From an uncultured Acidobacteriota bacterium (lineage in GTDB: Bacteria; Acidobacteriota; UBA6911; RPQK01; JAPXNP01), in assembly GCA_963777605.1 (NCBI GenBank), contig CAVZRV010000030.1, positions 160,001 to 224,000 on the forward strand: a stretch of DNA of 64,000 nt, written 5' to 3'. Positions 26,429 through 36,815 of the stretch are shown here, in pieces; the first letter of the stretch is position 1; each line of letters begins with the position of its first letter. The position numbers and the translations under genes were made by a program. Under the pieces are notes generated by a model that made no database searches, was not told where the DNA came from, and was given only the letters and a program-made list of their open reading frames with translations.

Positions 26429-27634
26429 TCAGCGAACCCGAAGCAGAAAGATAGTGACGTCGTCCTCGAACTCGTTGGCTCCGGAGAATTCCCGCGCTCT
26501 CGTCAGCAGGTGATTGGCCACGCCTTCCAGTGAGGAGTTCCGGGTCTCTTTCAGGTAGGAGAGAATACCCTCCACCCCGAAATACTCCTTGGCGGGATTC
26601 TGGATATCGACGAGGCCGTCTGTGAAGAGCGCAACCAGGTCTCCGGAATGCAGATGGACCTGGCCAACCGGGTACTTGGCTGTTTTGAACATTCCGAGCG
26701 GCGGGCCACCTCCAGGAAGCGTTCTAACGGTGCCATCCGGCGCAATGACAATCGGTTCGTAGTGGCCTGCATTCACGTACTCGAGTCGTCCCGATACTTC
26801 TTCCAACGATAGCAGAACACCGGTCAGGTACTGGATCAGTTCGTCATCGAGGTGGAGCATCGAGTTGAGGTGTTCGAACAGGGCGGGTAGGTCCCGGTGG
26901 CGCAGAATCTCCGACTGGATCAGGCCGCGAAAGTTTGACATGGTCAGCGCCGCTGCCATCCCGTGACCGCAGGCGTCGGCAAGGATGCACCGAACCGAAC
27001 CCTGTTGCGGTTCAAAGTAGTCGAAGTAGTCACCACCGACCAGCTTGGATGAAGTGTTCAACCCGTAGACTTCGCAGCGGTAGGTTTGAGGAGGCTTCTT
27101 GGGCAGGAAATTGAGCTGAATCTGGCGGGCCCGGTTTAGGTCATGAGGATCGAATTGCTGGCCCTTGTTGACCTCGAGCCGGGTCGACGACATAAACAGG
27201 CCAAGAAAGCGGCTCACCATGAGCGCCCATTCACGCCTTTGGGGTGTGATCTCGACCGGGCCTTCATTTTCAAGCACGATGGCCGCCTCGAGAATATCCC
27301 TGAAGTAACAGGGGATGATGAGGTACTGGGGTGCCTTGGCCGACAGGAACGGTTCCCGTTCGAGCAGGGCGCGCTGGATTTCCATCTCTCCGAAACTGCG
27401 CTGGAGTCGGTAGCGGGCATCGGCCGGGTAGCCCTCGAAAAAAAGTAGGTTGAAGTGGTCGGTGTTCTCGTAGTAGTCGATCAGGCTGATCCGCCGAGTG
27501 CTGAATACCGAGGCGACGGACGGAAGGATCCCCCCCATGTATTCATTCAGCCCGGAAGTCTCAGTGAGGAGGTGGACCATCTCCTGGGCGAGAAGCGAGG
27601 CTTCCGGGTTGTCGAAAGGCGGCTTGGAACTCAT
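26429..27634 (-). CDS. PP2C/SpoIIE (RsbU-like) phosphatase with N-terminal GAF-like region
   Basis: ARQIQ..FLP, VGGDYFD, ADACGHG, NAGH, FTDGL, DDVT. Confidence 0.9.
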   Translation of the reverse strand: MSSKPPFDNPEASLLAQEMVHLLTETSGLNEYMGGILPSVASVFSTRRISLIDYYENTDHFNLLFFEGYPADARYRLQRSFGEMEIQRALLEREPFLSAKAPQYLIIPCYFRDILEAAIVLENEGPVEITPQRREWALMVSRFLGLFMSSTRLEVNKGQQFDPHDLNRARQIQLNFLPKKPPQTYRCEVYGLNTSSKLVGGDYFDYFEPQQGSVRCILADACGHGMAAALTMSNFRGLIQSEILRHRDLPALFEHLNSMLHLDDELIQYLTGVLLSLEEVSGRLEYVNAGHYEPIVIAPDGTVRTLPGGGPPLGMFKTAKYPVGQVHLHSGDLVALFTDGLVDIQNPAKEYFGVEGILSYLKETRNSSLEGVANHLLTRAREFSGANEFEDDVTIFLLRVR

Positions 27635-27715
27635 GTGAGTATCCTACCGCACCGTGCTGAGCGAGAAACCTCCAGAACGAAAGCCGCGGTCACCTTGTGC
27701 CGCCGAGAAGGTCAC

Positions 27716-28855
27716 TTAGCTGCTCGCTCTTTGAAGCGACCGCAAAAACGTGGCGTTGTCGGGTGTTTCTTCGATTTTGCGGAGCAGCCCCTGCATGGCC
27801 TTCTCGGCATTGAGGTTGGCCAGCGCCCGCCGAAGCAGGTTTACCTGGTTCTGGGTCTCGGCTTCCCGAAGCTGTTCTTCCCGACGGGTTCCTGAGAGGG
27901 GAATGTCGATGGCCGGCCAGATTCTCCGCTCGGCCAGTCCCCGATGGAGGACCAGTTCCATGTTTCCGGTGCCCTTGAACTCCTCGAAGATCACGTCGTC
28001 CATCCGACTTCCAGTGTCCACCAGGGCGGTCGCGACGATGGTCAGGCTCCCACCTTCCTGGAGTTTGCGGGCGGCTCCAAAGAACTCTCTCGGCTTCGCC
28101 ATGGTCCCGGCTCCGAGGCCTCCGGAAAGCGTCCGGCTCTTGCCCTTGTTCTGGGTGTTGTAGGCACGAGACAGGCGGGTAATGCTGTCCAGGAGGATCA
28201 TTACGTCCCGGCCCGACTCGACCATACGCTTGGCTCGTTGGAGGATCATTTCGGCGATGCGGATATGCCGTTGAGGGGGCATGTCCGCTGACGAATCGAC
28301 GACCGTGCCTACTCCGAGCCGTTTCATCTCGGTGGCTTCCTCCGGGCGTTCGTCGATCAGAAGGATGATCAGTTCCACTTCGGGATGAATCGTGGTGATC
28401 GCGCGCGCCAGCTTCTGGAGGAGCATGGTCTTCCCGGTTCGAGGAGACGCCACGATCAACGCCCGCTGGCCTTTACCGATGGGAGAGATGAGATCGATGA
28501 TCCTGAGGCTTGAGTCGTTGAACTCGTCAATCCTGAGCCGCTCGAACGGGTTGACGCTGGTCAGGCTGGTGAACTCGGGAAGACGTGCGTATTCGTCGGC
28601 ATCCTTGCCGTCAATCAGATTGACTGCAACCAGTCGCGCGCTCTTTCGTTTGGGTCCGTTAGATGCCAGTCCCTCGACGAAGCTGCCCTGGCGAAGTCGT
28701 AAATTCTTGACCATCCCCGCCTCGACGAAGACATCATTGGGACTGGGCTCGAAACCGCGTTCCATTTGACGCAGAAATCCGAATCCCTTTGAGTTAAGGT
28801 CAAGGTACCCGGCTGCTTCCCCCATCTTCTTTTCTGTCTGTACTGGTCCCTTCAT
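27716..28855 (-). CDS. rho: Transcription termination factor Rho (short form)
   Basis: [53 protein letters not shown]. Confidence 0.92.
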   Translation of the reverse strand: MKGPVQTEKKMGEAAGYLDLNSKGFGFLRQMERGFEPSPNDVFVEAGMVKNLRLRQGSFVEGLASNGPKRKSARLVAVNLIDGKDADEYARLPEFTSLTSVNPFERLRIDEFNDSSLRIIDLISPIGKGQRALIVASPRTGKTMLLQKLARAITTIHPEVELIILLIDERPEEATEMKRLGVGTVVDSSADMPPQRHIRIAEMILQRAKRMVESGRDVMILLDSITRLSRAYNTQNKGKSRTLSGGLGAGTMAKPREFFGAARKLQEGGSLTIVATALVDTGSRMDDVIFEEFKGTGNMELVLHRGLAERRIWPAIDIPLSGTRREEQLREAETQNQVNLLRRALANLNAEKAMQGLLRKIEETPDNATFLRSLQRASS

Positions 28856-29144
28856 TGGTCTCCTAAGAAAGCGGAATTAATGATCCTTCTACCCAATCGC
28901 GAGCTGGCACCACGCCTGGTCATGTACGAGAAGCCCGCACCGTTGACTTCGAACAGGCGTCATCAGATTCCCAGTACCCTGGTCTCACATACGTCTGTGC
29001 TGGGTGGAACGTGCTATCCCTGTGCGGCACTAGCCGACCAGAATGGCCCAGAGCTGTCTGCCGCAAACTCAACGGTCCTATCTTTGGGGTACACGGGCCG
29101 GAACCCGGAACCCTCCTGAGTAAAGGCCACGCGCGCCGCGTGGC

Positions 29145-30203
29145 TTAGTAGCCTGCGTCGTCGAGGCTGACTTTGCCGGCGAAGTGACGGTAGGTAAAAA
29201 CGAAATACCCCGTCACGAGGATAATACCGGGTATCCACCAAAGCAGCGCCACCCGCATCCCGTAGGCCGAAGTCGCTACATTATACACGGTTAAACCGAG
29301 TTCGGGTTGAGTGCTGGACGGGAGAACGTACGGGAAGATCCCAAAAGCGGCGCTGGTCAGCATTCCGGCAATGAAGACAGCCGAGGAAAGGAAACCCGAA
29401 AGTTCCTGGTGGGGCTTCCTGAAGATCCACAACCCAGCCAGGCCCGCGATCGCAAGCAGGGGGAATATGACCCCCCAGGGCGCCGTCGCGAAATTTGCTG
29501 GAACCTGTGGCTGGATGGAGAACGTTGCGATTGTCACGACGGCAACGAAGAGCACGACCAGATACCAGATCACCGACGTGACCTGGCGACTCCGTTCGTT
29601 GACCGGTCCTCCGGTCTTCAGCATCAGCCATCGCGATCCGTGTTGGACCAGCGTCAGCAGTGCGAGCACTCCGACCAGGATGGTGTACCAATCCAAGATG
29701 CCACCCTCGGCACTTTTCAGGCCGGCCGGGCCGAAACCGAAGTCGGTCCAGAGTGGAAGAAAGAAAAAGCCGCCCGGCTCCAGCGGTACGCCCCGAACGA
29801 CGTTCCCGAGGGCGGCTCCAAAGAAGACGCATAGCAGGGTACTGGCGCCGCAGAAGACCACGTCCCAGAAGGGTCTCCAGACGGCCGAGTCAATGTGGTT
29901 ACGCAGTTCGATCGAAATGCCCCGCAGAATCAGAAGCCAGAGGACGATCATCAAGGGGAGGTAGAAGCCGCTGAAACTGGAGGCGTACAGAGCCGGGAAC
30001 GCAAAGTAGAGAACGCCTCCGCCGGCGATAAGCCAGACTTCGTTTCCATCCCACACCGGGCCGATGGAACGGAGAACCGTCCGTCGTTCCCGGTCGTTCC
30101 TGGCTACAAAAAGGTGGAGCGCCCCCGATCCCAGGTCGAATCCGTCGAGGACAACGTAGATTGTGATCATCACAGCAACGATGCCGAGCCAGAGAATTTC
30201 CAT
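29145..30203 (-). CDS. cydB: Cytochrome bd ubiquinol oxidase subunit II
   Basis: LDGFDLG, IGPVWDGNEVWL, FP..Y, GNVVRGVP. Confidence 0.95.
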   Translation of the reverse strand: MEILWLGIVAVMITIYVVLDGFDLGSGALHLFVARNDRERRTVLRSIGPVWDGNEVWLIAGGGVLYFAFPALYASSFSGFYLPLMIVLWLLILRGISIELRNHIDSAVWRPFWDVVFCGASTLLCVFFGAALGNVVRGVPLEPGGFFFLPLWTDFGFGPAGLKSAEGGILDWYTILVGVLALLTLVQHGSRWLMLKTGGPVNERSRQVTSVIWYLVVLFVAVVTIATFSIQPQVPANFATAPWGVIFPLLAIAGLAGLWIFRKPHQELSGFLSSAVFIAGMLTSAAFGIFPYVLPSSTQPELGLTVYNVATSAYGMRVALLWWIPGIILVTGYFVFTYRHFAGKVSLDDAGY

Positions 30204-30213
30204 GTTGACCTCC

Positions 30214-31584
30214 TTAAGAATGGATCGAGGGAGCCGTGTCGGTGGCGGATGAAGGTTCCACTTTCAAAGAAACCGGACCCCGTTCAATCTCGTGGTAGGT
30301 CAGGAACAGAAAGAGGATCGCCAGAAGAGTGTACATCCCCATGAACCCGATCAGCGTGAACATCGTATTGCCCGCCGAGACGTAGGGTGACGCTCCTTCC
30401 GAGGTACGGAGCAGGCCGTGGATGATCCACGGCTGGCGGCCGACCTCCACTGTCAACCATCCGGCCGTGTTGGCCACGAACGGGAACGGGGTCAGGAGCA
30501 TCAGGACCCACATCATCGGTCTCGAATCCAACAGGCGGCCCCGCCACAGGAGGAATGCTGAAATAGCCATCGCCAATATGAAGAAGGTCCCCAGGCCGAC
30601 CATAATCCGGAAGCTGTAGTAGAGCAGAGGGATGTTCTGCGGCCACTCATCCTTCGGGAACGCATCCAGTCCTCTCACCTCGGCATTCCAGCGGGAGTAG
30701 GTCAGGAAGCTCAGAACTCGTGGAAGCGTTAAGGGGTTGTCGAGACGCTGTTTGACAGGATCGGGTTGGCCAAGGATAGCCAGCGGTGCGCCCTCGACGG
30801 TCTCGAACAGTCCCTCCATGGCGGCGAGCGTCACGGGTTGGTACTTGGCAATGTTCTTGCCTTGGCCGTCCCCGGTTGGAAACGCCAGCAGGACCGCGCA
30901 GATGAGTCCTGTAACGACGCCGGTCTTGACGAAGATTCCGCCGAATTCCTGGTGGCGTTTGAGCAGGAGGTAAGTTGCCCCGATTCCTGCCACAACGAAC
31001 GACCCGGTTACCGCCGCTCCCAGTTGGTTGTGGGTGTACTGCCAGAGGATCCAGGGATTCAGGACCAGCGACCAGAAACTGTCCAGTGAGAGGTCCCCGT
31101 TGGGCAATCGCGTGTAGCCCACCGGGTGGAGCATCCAGGCATTCGTCGCGATGATAAAGTAACCGGAAAGCCAGGAGCCGAAAAAGACCAGTCCCGAAGC
31201 GGCCCAGTGTCCAAACTGGCCGATTCGCTTCTCCCCAAACAGCAAGAGTCCCAGGAGACTGGATTCGAGGAAGAAGGCGAAGACGCCTTCCATGGCCAGG
31301 GTTTGCCCGATCACGCCGCCTGCGATTCGGGAGAATTGGGCCCAGTTGGTCCCAAATTGGAATTCCATCGGGATCCCGGTCACTACTCCCATCGCAAAAC
31401 TGACTGCGAATACGCGGATCCAGAACCGGGCCCCGTCGTTGTATCGACTGTCCCCGGTTCGGAGGGCGATTGTCTTCATCACGAAAATCAGCAGGGCAAG
31501 CCCCATGCTGAGCTGGACGAAGATGTAGTGGAAGGTGACCGTGAACGCGAAATGAAAGCGATGCAGCGTCAGCGCTTCATCCAT
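30214..31584 (-). CDS. cydA: Cytochrome bd ubiquinol oxidase subunit I
   Basis: FHYIF, GVVTG..MEFQFGTNW, EG.FAFFLES, QP..LAAMEG, EVGRQPW. Confidence 0.95.
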   Translation of the reverse strand: MDEALTLHRFHFAFTVTFHYIFVQLSMGLALLIFVMKTIALRTGDSRYNDGARFWIRVFAVSFAMGVVTGIPMEFQFGTNWAQFSRIAGGVIGQTLAMEGVFAFFLESSLLGLLLFGEKRIGQFGHWAASGLVFFGSWLSGYFIIATNAWMLHPVGYTRLPNGDLSLDSFWSLVLNPWILWQYTHNQLGAAVTGSFVVAGIGATYLLLKRHQEFGGIFVKTGVVTGLICAVLLAFPTGDGQGKNIAKYQPVTLAAMEGLFETVEGAPLAILGQPDPVKQRLDNPLTLPRVLSFLTYSRWNAEVRGLDAFPKDEWPQNIPLLYYSFRIMVGLGTFFILAMAISAFLLWRGRLLDSRPMMWVLMLLTPFPFVANTAGWLTVEVGRQPWIIHGLLRTSEGASPYVSAGNTMFTLIGFMGMYTLLAILFLFLTYHEIERGPVSLKVEPSSATDTAPSIHS

Positions 31585-31614
31585 ACAAACTCCTCCCCGT
31601 TTGTCGGCACAATC

Positions 31615-32052
31615 TTAAACGTTTGCCCCGACCGAATCGGGACGGATCAGGATCGATCTGGTATCGTCCGACTCAACCTCGATCGTGATCTCGATCGGGT
31701 CCGGCACCGGCCAGGGCAACTTGTCGGCCCATTCCACAATCGCCCAGGTTCCCTCTGCCAGCAGTTCGTCCAGTCCGATGGAGTAGAGGTCTCGCGCCGT
31801 TTCCAGGCGGTAAAGGTCAACGTGGAACAGTGTGCCCAACGGCGTTTCATACTGGTTGATCAACGTGAAGCTCGGACTGTGAACCTTGGACAGGTCCTTC
31901 ATCCCCATCCCGGCGGCAAATCCGCGGGTGAAGGCAGTCTTGCCGGCACCCAGTTCCCCATAGAGCAGCATGATCCTGGGGCGGTCAAGGGAAGCCGCAA
32001 TCCTGCCGCCCAGGGCAGCAGTGTCCGCTTCTGAATTCGAGACCAGGCGCAT
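31615..32052 (-). CDS. tsaE: tRNA threonylcarbamoyladenosine biosynthesis ATPase
   Basis: GELGAGKT, SPSFTL, HVDLYRL, VEWA; true start ATG 32052. Confidence 0.93.
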   Translation of the reverse strand: MRLVSNSEADTAALGGRIAASLDRPRIMLLYGELGAGKTAFTRGFAAGMGMKDLSKVHSPSFTLINQYETPLGTLFHVDLYRLETARDLYSIGLDELLAEGTWAIVEWADKLPWPVPDPIEITIEVESDDTRSILIRPDSVGANV

Positions 32053-32054
32053 GA

Positions 32055-33647
32055 TCACCGGTCCCCGTCGACCAGCAGCACGTGAAAGGCCTGTCCGAGT
32101 GACTCGATCACGTCGCCGGCGATTAGCGAATCGGCCCCCGAAATCTCGGCAGCTATGTCGGCGGCCATCCCGTGCAGAAAGACTCCAAGGCAGACAGCTC
32201 GGGTCGTCTGCTCCAGCAACTGCATTCCCTCGGCCTGGTAGCGTCCGATCATCGACGTAAGGATACCGGTGAGGACATCTCCCATGCCGGCGGTCGCCAT
32301 TCCCGGATTCCCGGTCGGGGACACGAATACAACCCCGTCCGGGGCCGCCACCAGGGTCCGGAAACTCTTGAGTACCAGCCAGACGCGGTGTCGCATTGCA
32401 AATTCCCGGGCTATTTTGTGTGGCTGGCGGAGGATCTCTCCTGTGGAAAGTCCGGTCAAACGGGAGAATTCTCCCGGGTGGGGAGTGAGGATAAGCGGTT
32501 GTCCGTTTTCGTTGACCAGGCGGTCGGGTTCCCCGGAGAAGGCGTTGAGGCCGTCGGCATCGACAACCAGGGGGACGGGCGATTTCCTGACCACTCGATG
32601 GGTGAACTCGACGGTCTCGGGATGAGTGGTGAGCCCGGGGCCCAGTGCGGCACCATCCAATTGGCTGAGAAACTCCAGGACTGGTTCGGCAGCGGAGCTG
32701 GCAAAAGAGCCCTTGCCGGTGGATGAGAACCCGGCGGTCATCACTTCGGGGCGAAATGCGGCCACGGTGGCCTGGGCCTTTTCGGTCGTCAACACGGTGA
32801 CGAGGCCGGAACCGGCCCGCAGGGCGGCCTGAGACCCGAGCGATGCGGCTCCGGCCTTGCCGCTGCTGCCGGCGATCACTGCGATGTGGCCGTAGGTGCC
32901 CTTGTGCGAACTGGTGACCCGGGGGATCCGCCATGCGGTCGCATCGTCCAATGCGATCAGGTTGAGGTAGTGTTCCGCCTTGTCGAGGAGTTCCGGGGGG
33001 GTTCCGATGGGAGCGATCGTGAACTCACCGAGCGACTCCAGGTCGGGGCTCAAAATGTGGGCGATCTTCGGTGCGGTAAACGTCACGGTCGCATCGGCTT
33101 CCACGCAAAGTGGACAGGGTTCGGCCGAGTCCGAGATCATTCCCGATGGGATGTCCACGGCGAGGATGTATGCATCCGTCAGGTTGAGGTCCTGGACAAT
33201 TCTGGCATAGAGCCCGGAGAGGGGTTTCGTGATGCCGGTTCCAAGGATTGCGTCCACGATAATGTCGTACGAATCAAGACCTGGGAGCAGGCCTTCCCAT
33301 ATCGACTCCTCGGTGACCTCGAAAATGGGGCACCCCCATCCGACCAGGGCTCCCAGGTTGACGGCAGCGTCGCCTGAGACCTGGTCGCTGCCGGCCAGCA
33401 GGTAGACGTCGGGAAAGCTGCCTCGCTGCATCAATTGTCGGGCGAGCACCATGCCGTCTCCGCCGTTGTTTCCCTTTCCGCAGATGATTGCCACCTGTCG
33501 GAGCGGAAGGTCGTCAAAGGCATCTTCCAGAGCCGTGTAGAGCTGGAAACCGGCATTCTCCATGAGGGTGAGGCTGGGAATGCCTGCGTTTGTGGTCGTC
33601 TCTCGATCGACCGATCCCATCTGTCCGGCGGTCAGGATTTTGGTCAT
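32055..33647 (-). CDS. nnr: Bifunctional NAD(P)HX epimerase/dehydratase
   Basis: LMENAG, GKGNNGGDG, DAILGTG, DIPSG, HKGTYG, DADGL, TPHPGE, G.GDVL.G. Confidence 0.95.
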   Translation of the reverse strand: MTKILTAGQMGSVDRETTTNAGIPSLTLMENAGFQLYTALEDAFDDLPLRQVAIICGKGNNGGDGMVLARQLMQRGSFPDVYLLAGSDQVSGDAAVNLGALVGWGCPIFEVTEESIWEGLLPGLDSYDIIVDAILGTGITKPLSGLYARIVQDLNLTDAYILAVDIPSGMISDSAEPCPLCVEADATVTFTAPKIAHILSPDLESLGEFTIAPIGTPPELLDKAEHYLNLIALDDATAWRIPRVTSSHKGTYGHIAVIAGSSGKAGAASLGSQAALRAGSGLVTVLTTEKAQATVAAFRPEVMTAGFSSTGKGSFASSAAEPVLEFLSQLDGAALGPGLTTHPETVEFTHRVVRKSPVPLVVDADGLNAFSGEPDRLVNENGQPLILTPHPGEFSRLTGLSTGEILRQPHKIAREFAMRHRVWLVLKSFRTLVAAPDGVVFVSPTGNPGMATAGMGDVLTGILTSMIGRYQAEGMQLLEQTTRAVCLGVFLHGMAADIAAEISGADSLIAGDVIESLGQAFHVLLVDGDR

Positions 33648-33798
33648 GCAACTCCTCCTCGCGTGTTTTGAAACCTTTGCCCGGATTCCCAGTCTTAAAT
33701 GATAGTGGAATTGCTGGACAGGCAGAAGCCGGCCACTTGTGGCTTGGGTCTGCCCGCGCTGCGGTTTATAATAGGGGCAAAAGAAGAGAGGAAAAGCA

Positions 33799-34842
33799 GT
33801 GAGATCCGTCTACGTTCGTTTCTTCTCAATACTTTTGGCATTTTCGATTGCGTTCCCGTCGGCTGCCCTCGCCGGGCGAAAGCACACGGACGTAGAGGAC
33901 ATCGGCAATCGTGACATCAACGGGCGCGTCGCCCTGATCTTCCCGAATTTCGTCTCCCTTGAGAAGGAAATCCAGATCGGCTCCCAGTACGCGCAGTTCT
34001 TCGAGCAGACCGCTCGGATGATCGAGGACCCTGTGGTCACCGAGTATGTGGACCGGCTCGGCCAGGAACTGGTCAAGAACTCCGATGCCAAGGTTCCGTT
34101 CGTGATCAAGGTCGTCGACACCGATGAAGTCAACGCGTTTGCTCTTCCGGGCGGTTACTTCTATGTAAACAAAGGGCTGATTCTGGAAGCGGAGAACGAA
34201 ACCGAACTTGCCGGAGTCATGGCTCACGAGATCGCCCATGTCGCCGCCCGCCACGCCACGGAGCGGATGACCAAGTCGCAGTTGATGCAGTTCGCCGCGC
34301 TGCCCGCTCTCTTTATGGGTGGTTACTGGACCCAGATGGCAATTTACAACGGGCTCGGGATGGGAATGTCCCTGGCCGTTCTGGGAATCACCCGCAAATC
34401 GGAAGAGGAAGCCGATCAACTGGGGACGCAGTACCTGTGGAATTCCGGTTACGATCCCCAGGGATTCATCACGTTTTTCGAGAAGATGCAGGCCCGGGAG
34501 AAAAACAAGCCAGGGAAGTTCGCGAGTTTTTTCCGAACTCATCCCGCGGTCGATTCCCGGATCACCAAGGTCCAGGAGGAGATTGGCTACCTCCCGCCGA
34601 AGGACGAGTACGTTGTGACGACGTCCGAGTTCAACCGGGTGAAAGCACGGCTGATCGCGATTGACAACAAGCTGGCGACGCCCGGTAGCGGCGATTCCGG
34701 CGCTGGTTCCAAGAGGCCGACGCTGAAACGGAAGACCAATACCGACCGGTCCGAGAAAGAAGAGCCTACTCTGAAAGAGGACAAGCCGACGTTGAAGCGG
34801 CCGACCTTGAAGAAGGAAAATGAGGACGACGGCGGTCGGTAA
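33799..34842 (+). CDS. M48 family metalloprotease
   Basis: NAFALPGG, HEIAH, E.EAD, THP..R; signal peptide. Confidence 0.92.
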   Translation: MRSVYVRFFSILLAFSIAFPSAALAGRKHTDVEDIGNRDINGRVALIFPNFVSLEKEIQIGSQYAQFFEQTARMIEDPVVTEYVDRLGQELVKNSDAKVPFVIKVVDTDEVNAFALPGGYFYVNKGLILEAENETELAGVMAHEIAHVAARHATERMTKSQLMQFAALPALFMGGYWTQMAIYNGLGMGMSLAVLGITRKSEEEADQLGTQYLWNSGYDPQGFITFFEKMQAREKNKPGKFASFFRTHPAVDSRITKVQEEIGYLPPKDEYVVTTSEFNRVKARLIAIDNKLATPGSGDSGAGSKRPTLKRKTNTDRSEKEEPTLKEDKPTLKRPTLKKENEDDGGR

Positions 34843-34866
34843 TCATTGAATTTTCCCCGCCTCTGC

Positions 34867-34903
34867 AAAGCCGTGCTCTTCGGAGCACGGCTTTTTTGTT
34901 TTT
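34867..34903 (+). terminator. Rho-independent terminator
   Basis: aaagccgtgctc-TTCG-gagcacggcttt followed by a T-run. Confidence 0.85.
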
Positions 34904-34910
34904 CGCCTCC

Positions 34911-34938
34911 TGAAACAATTTCGCCGAGAATTTCGTAA
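34911..34938 (+). promoter_or_regulatory. Putative ECF sigma promoter for the TolC gene
   Basis: TGAAAC-N17-CGTA immediately after the terminator. Confidence 0.45.
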
Positions 34939-34986
34939 TCACGTTGACGAACGGTCGTTTTTGAAAGTGGAAGGATTGGAGCTACG

Positions 34987-36624
34987 ATGAAAGTCTCTCG
35001 ACTGATAGTCTTCGCAATTGCCTTTTTACTGGGGTTGCCCGTGGGAACCGCTCAGGTGCTTCAGCAGGCCGAGCCTGAGGTTCCCGAATCATATGAAGCC
35101 AGGGTCCGAAACTCCGGGGCATTCATGGAGTTGACCCTGCGGGATGCGATTCGGCTCGCATTGACCAACAACCTCGATCTCGAGATCGAGAACTACAACG
35201 AGGACCTGAACCGGATGCGCGTTTTCGGGACGAAGGGGTACTACGATCCGGTCCTCGAATTCAGCTTCGGATGGAACTCCAGCACGAGGCCTAATACGAG
35301 CATCCTTCAAGCGGGAACCGGTGTTCCGACGACGATTGGGAAGACCTGGACCTTCAACACGACCTTGCTTCAGAATGTGGCCGGGGGTGGCAACTTCCAG
35401 TTGAATTTCAATAACAACCGGGGGACGTCGAACAGCGTTTTTAGTACCATCAACCCTCAGTACGTTTCGAATTTCGCCCTCAACTTCACCCAGCCTCTCT
35501 GGAGCGGGTTCCGGCAAACCCAGACGGAGCGGCAACTGAAGCTCTATAACCTGGACACTCAAATCAGTGACAGCCAGTTCAAGCAACGGGTGTCCGAGAT
35601 CATTCAGCAGGTTCAGAGCCAATACTGGGAGCTGGAATTCACGATTCAGAATTTCGAGGCGCGCCGGCGTTCGCTCGAACTGGCGATCGTGCAGTACAAG
35701 AACAACCAGAAGCGGGTGGACATCGGCGTCATGGCACCGATCGAAATTACCTCCTCCCGCGCCGAAGTTGCCACCCGTGAACAGGACATGATCCAGTCGG
35801 AAGTCCAGATCATCAACTCGCAGAACGCCCTCAAGAACCTCCTGGCTCCGGACCCGAAGGACAGCCTCTGGTCATTGACTGTCCTTCCGACTGAAGATCC
35901 CAAGATGGTGGATATCACCGTGTCGCTGGATGAGGCGATTCAAAGCGCCCTGAGCCGGAGGCCGGAGCTGGAGCAGCTGAATCTGCAGCTCGAACAATCC
36001 ACGGTCAACCGAAAGTTCTATCGTAACCAGGGCAAGCCCCAGGTAAACCTCGTGCTGGGCCTTCGCTCGATCGGTACTGCGGGAACCGTCTACGACACGA
36101 CCGGTGGCTTGGGCGAACCGGTGACCAAGGTACCGCAGCCCAGTAGCCCCTTCTATGGAAGTGTCGGCAACTCGCTCGGGCAGGCGTTCGGATTCAACTA
36201 CCTTACGTACGATGCCGGTGTAAACGTACAAATCCCGTTGCGGAATCGAAGCAACGATGCGCAACTCGCCCAGGTGGCAATTACCGAGCGGCAGCTGCAG
36301 AGCCGGACCAAGAGTGCGCAGCAGTTGATCATGGTCGATGTTCGAAACGCCTACGAACAGATCGCCACTCGCAAGAAGGGGCTTGACTCGGCCAAGGTGG
36401 CGCGTCAGCTCACGCAGGAGCAGCTCGATGGCGAGAACAAGCGGTTCGAGGCCGGACTCTCCACCAACTTCGAAGTGTTGCGATATCAGCGCGACCTTGC
36501 CGATGCCCAGGTCCAGGAACTGAGGGCCATGGTGGACTACCAGATTGCTCTCGTGGCGCTCCAGAAGGCGATGTTCACGATCATCGATCAGAACGACATC
36601 ACAACGGCGCGTCGAGATAACTAA
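34987..36624 (+). CDS. TolC family outer membrane protein
   Basis: LTLRDAIRLAL.NN, FTQPL, AL..RPEL, IPL.N, RFEAG.ST. Confidence 0.9.
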   Translation: MKVSRLIVFAIAFLLGLPVGTAQVLQQAEPEVPESYEARVRNSGAFMELTLRDAIRLALTNNLDLEIENYNEDLNRMRVFGTKGYYDPVLEFSFGWNSSTRPNTSILQAGTGVPTTIGKTWTFNTTLLQNVAGGGNFQLNFNNNRGTSNSVFSTINPQYVSNFALNFTQPLWSGFRQTQTERQLKLYNLDTQISDSQFKQRVSEIIQQVQSQYWELEFTIQNFEARRRSLELAIVQYKNNQKRVDIGVMAPIEITSSRAEVATREQDMIQSEVQIINSQNALKNLLAPDPKDSLWSLTVLPTEDPKMVDITVSLDEAIQSALSRRPELEQLNLQLEQSTVNRKFYRNQGKPQVNLVLGLRSIGTAGTVYDTTGGLGEPVTKVPQPSSPFYGSVGNSLGQAFGFNYLTYDAGVNVQIPLRNRSNDAQLAQVAITERQLQSRTKSAQQLIMVDVRNAYEQIATRKKGLDSAKVARQLTQEQLDGENKRFEAGLSTNFEVLRYQRDLADAQVQELRAMVDYQIALVALQKAMFTIIDQNDITTARRDN

Positions 36625-36815
36625 CCACTCCTGATCTTTCCGATTGCTCGCCGGCACCGGTGACCTCCCGTCAAGGGTCAGTCACCGGTGCCGGGAAGAC
36701 CTCCCCCGCGCATACTTGCCGCTGGCTCGGCGATACGCGAAAGGGCATTTAATCCCGGTCGCTTGCCTTTGAATGAACCGTAGATTGCCAGACCCGGTTC
36801 CCTATAATTGTCAAA

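Noticed and set aside
32053-32934. Long N-terminal extension on tsaE
   Set aside because: Overlaps nnr in another frame; TsaE similarity begins at ATG 32052. The same applies to the extensions on folK (14210), the DHDPS-like gene (17615), bshC (38899) and PIG-L (56796).
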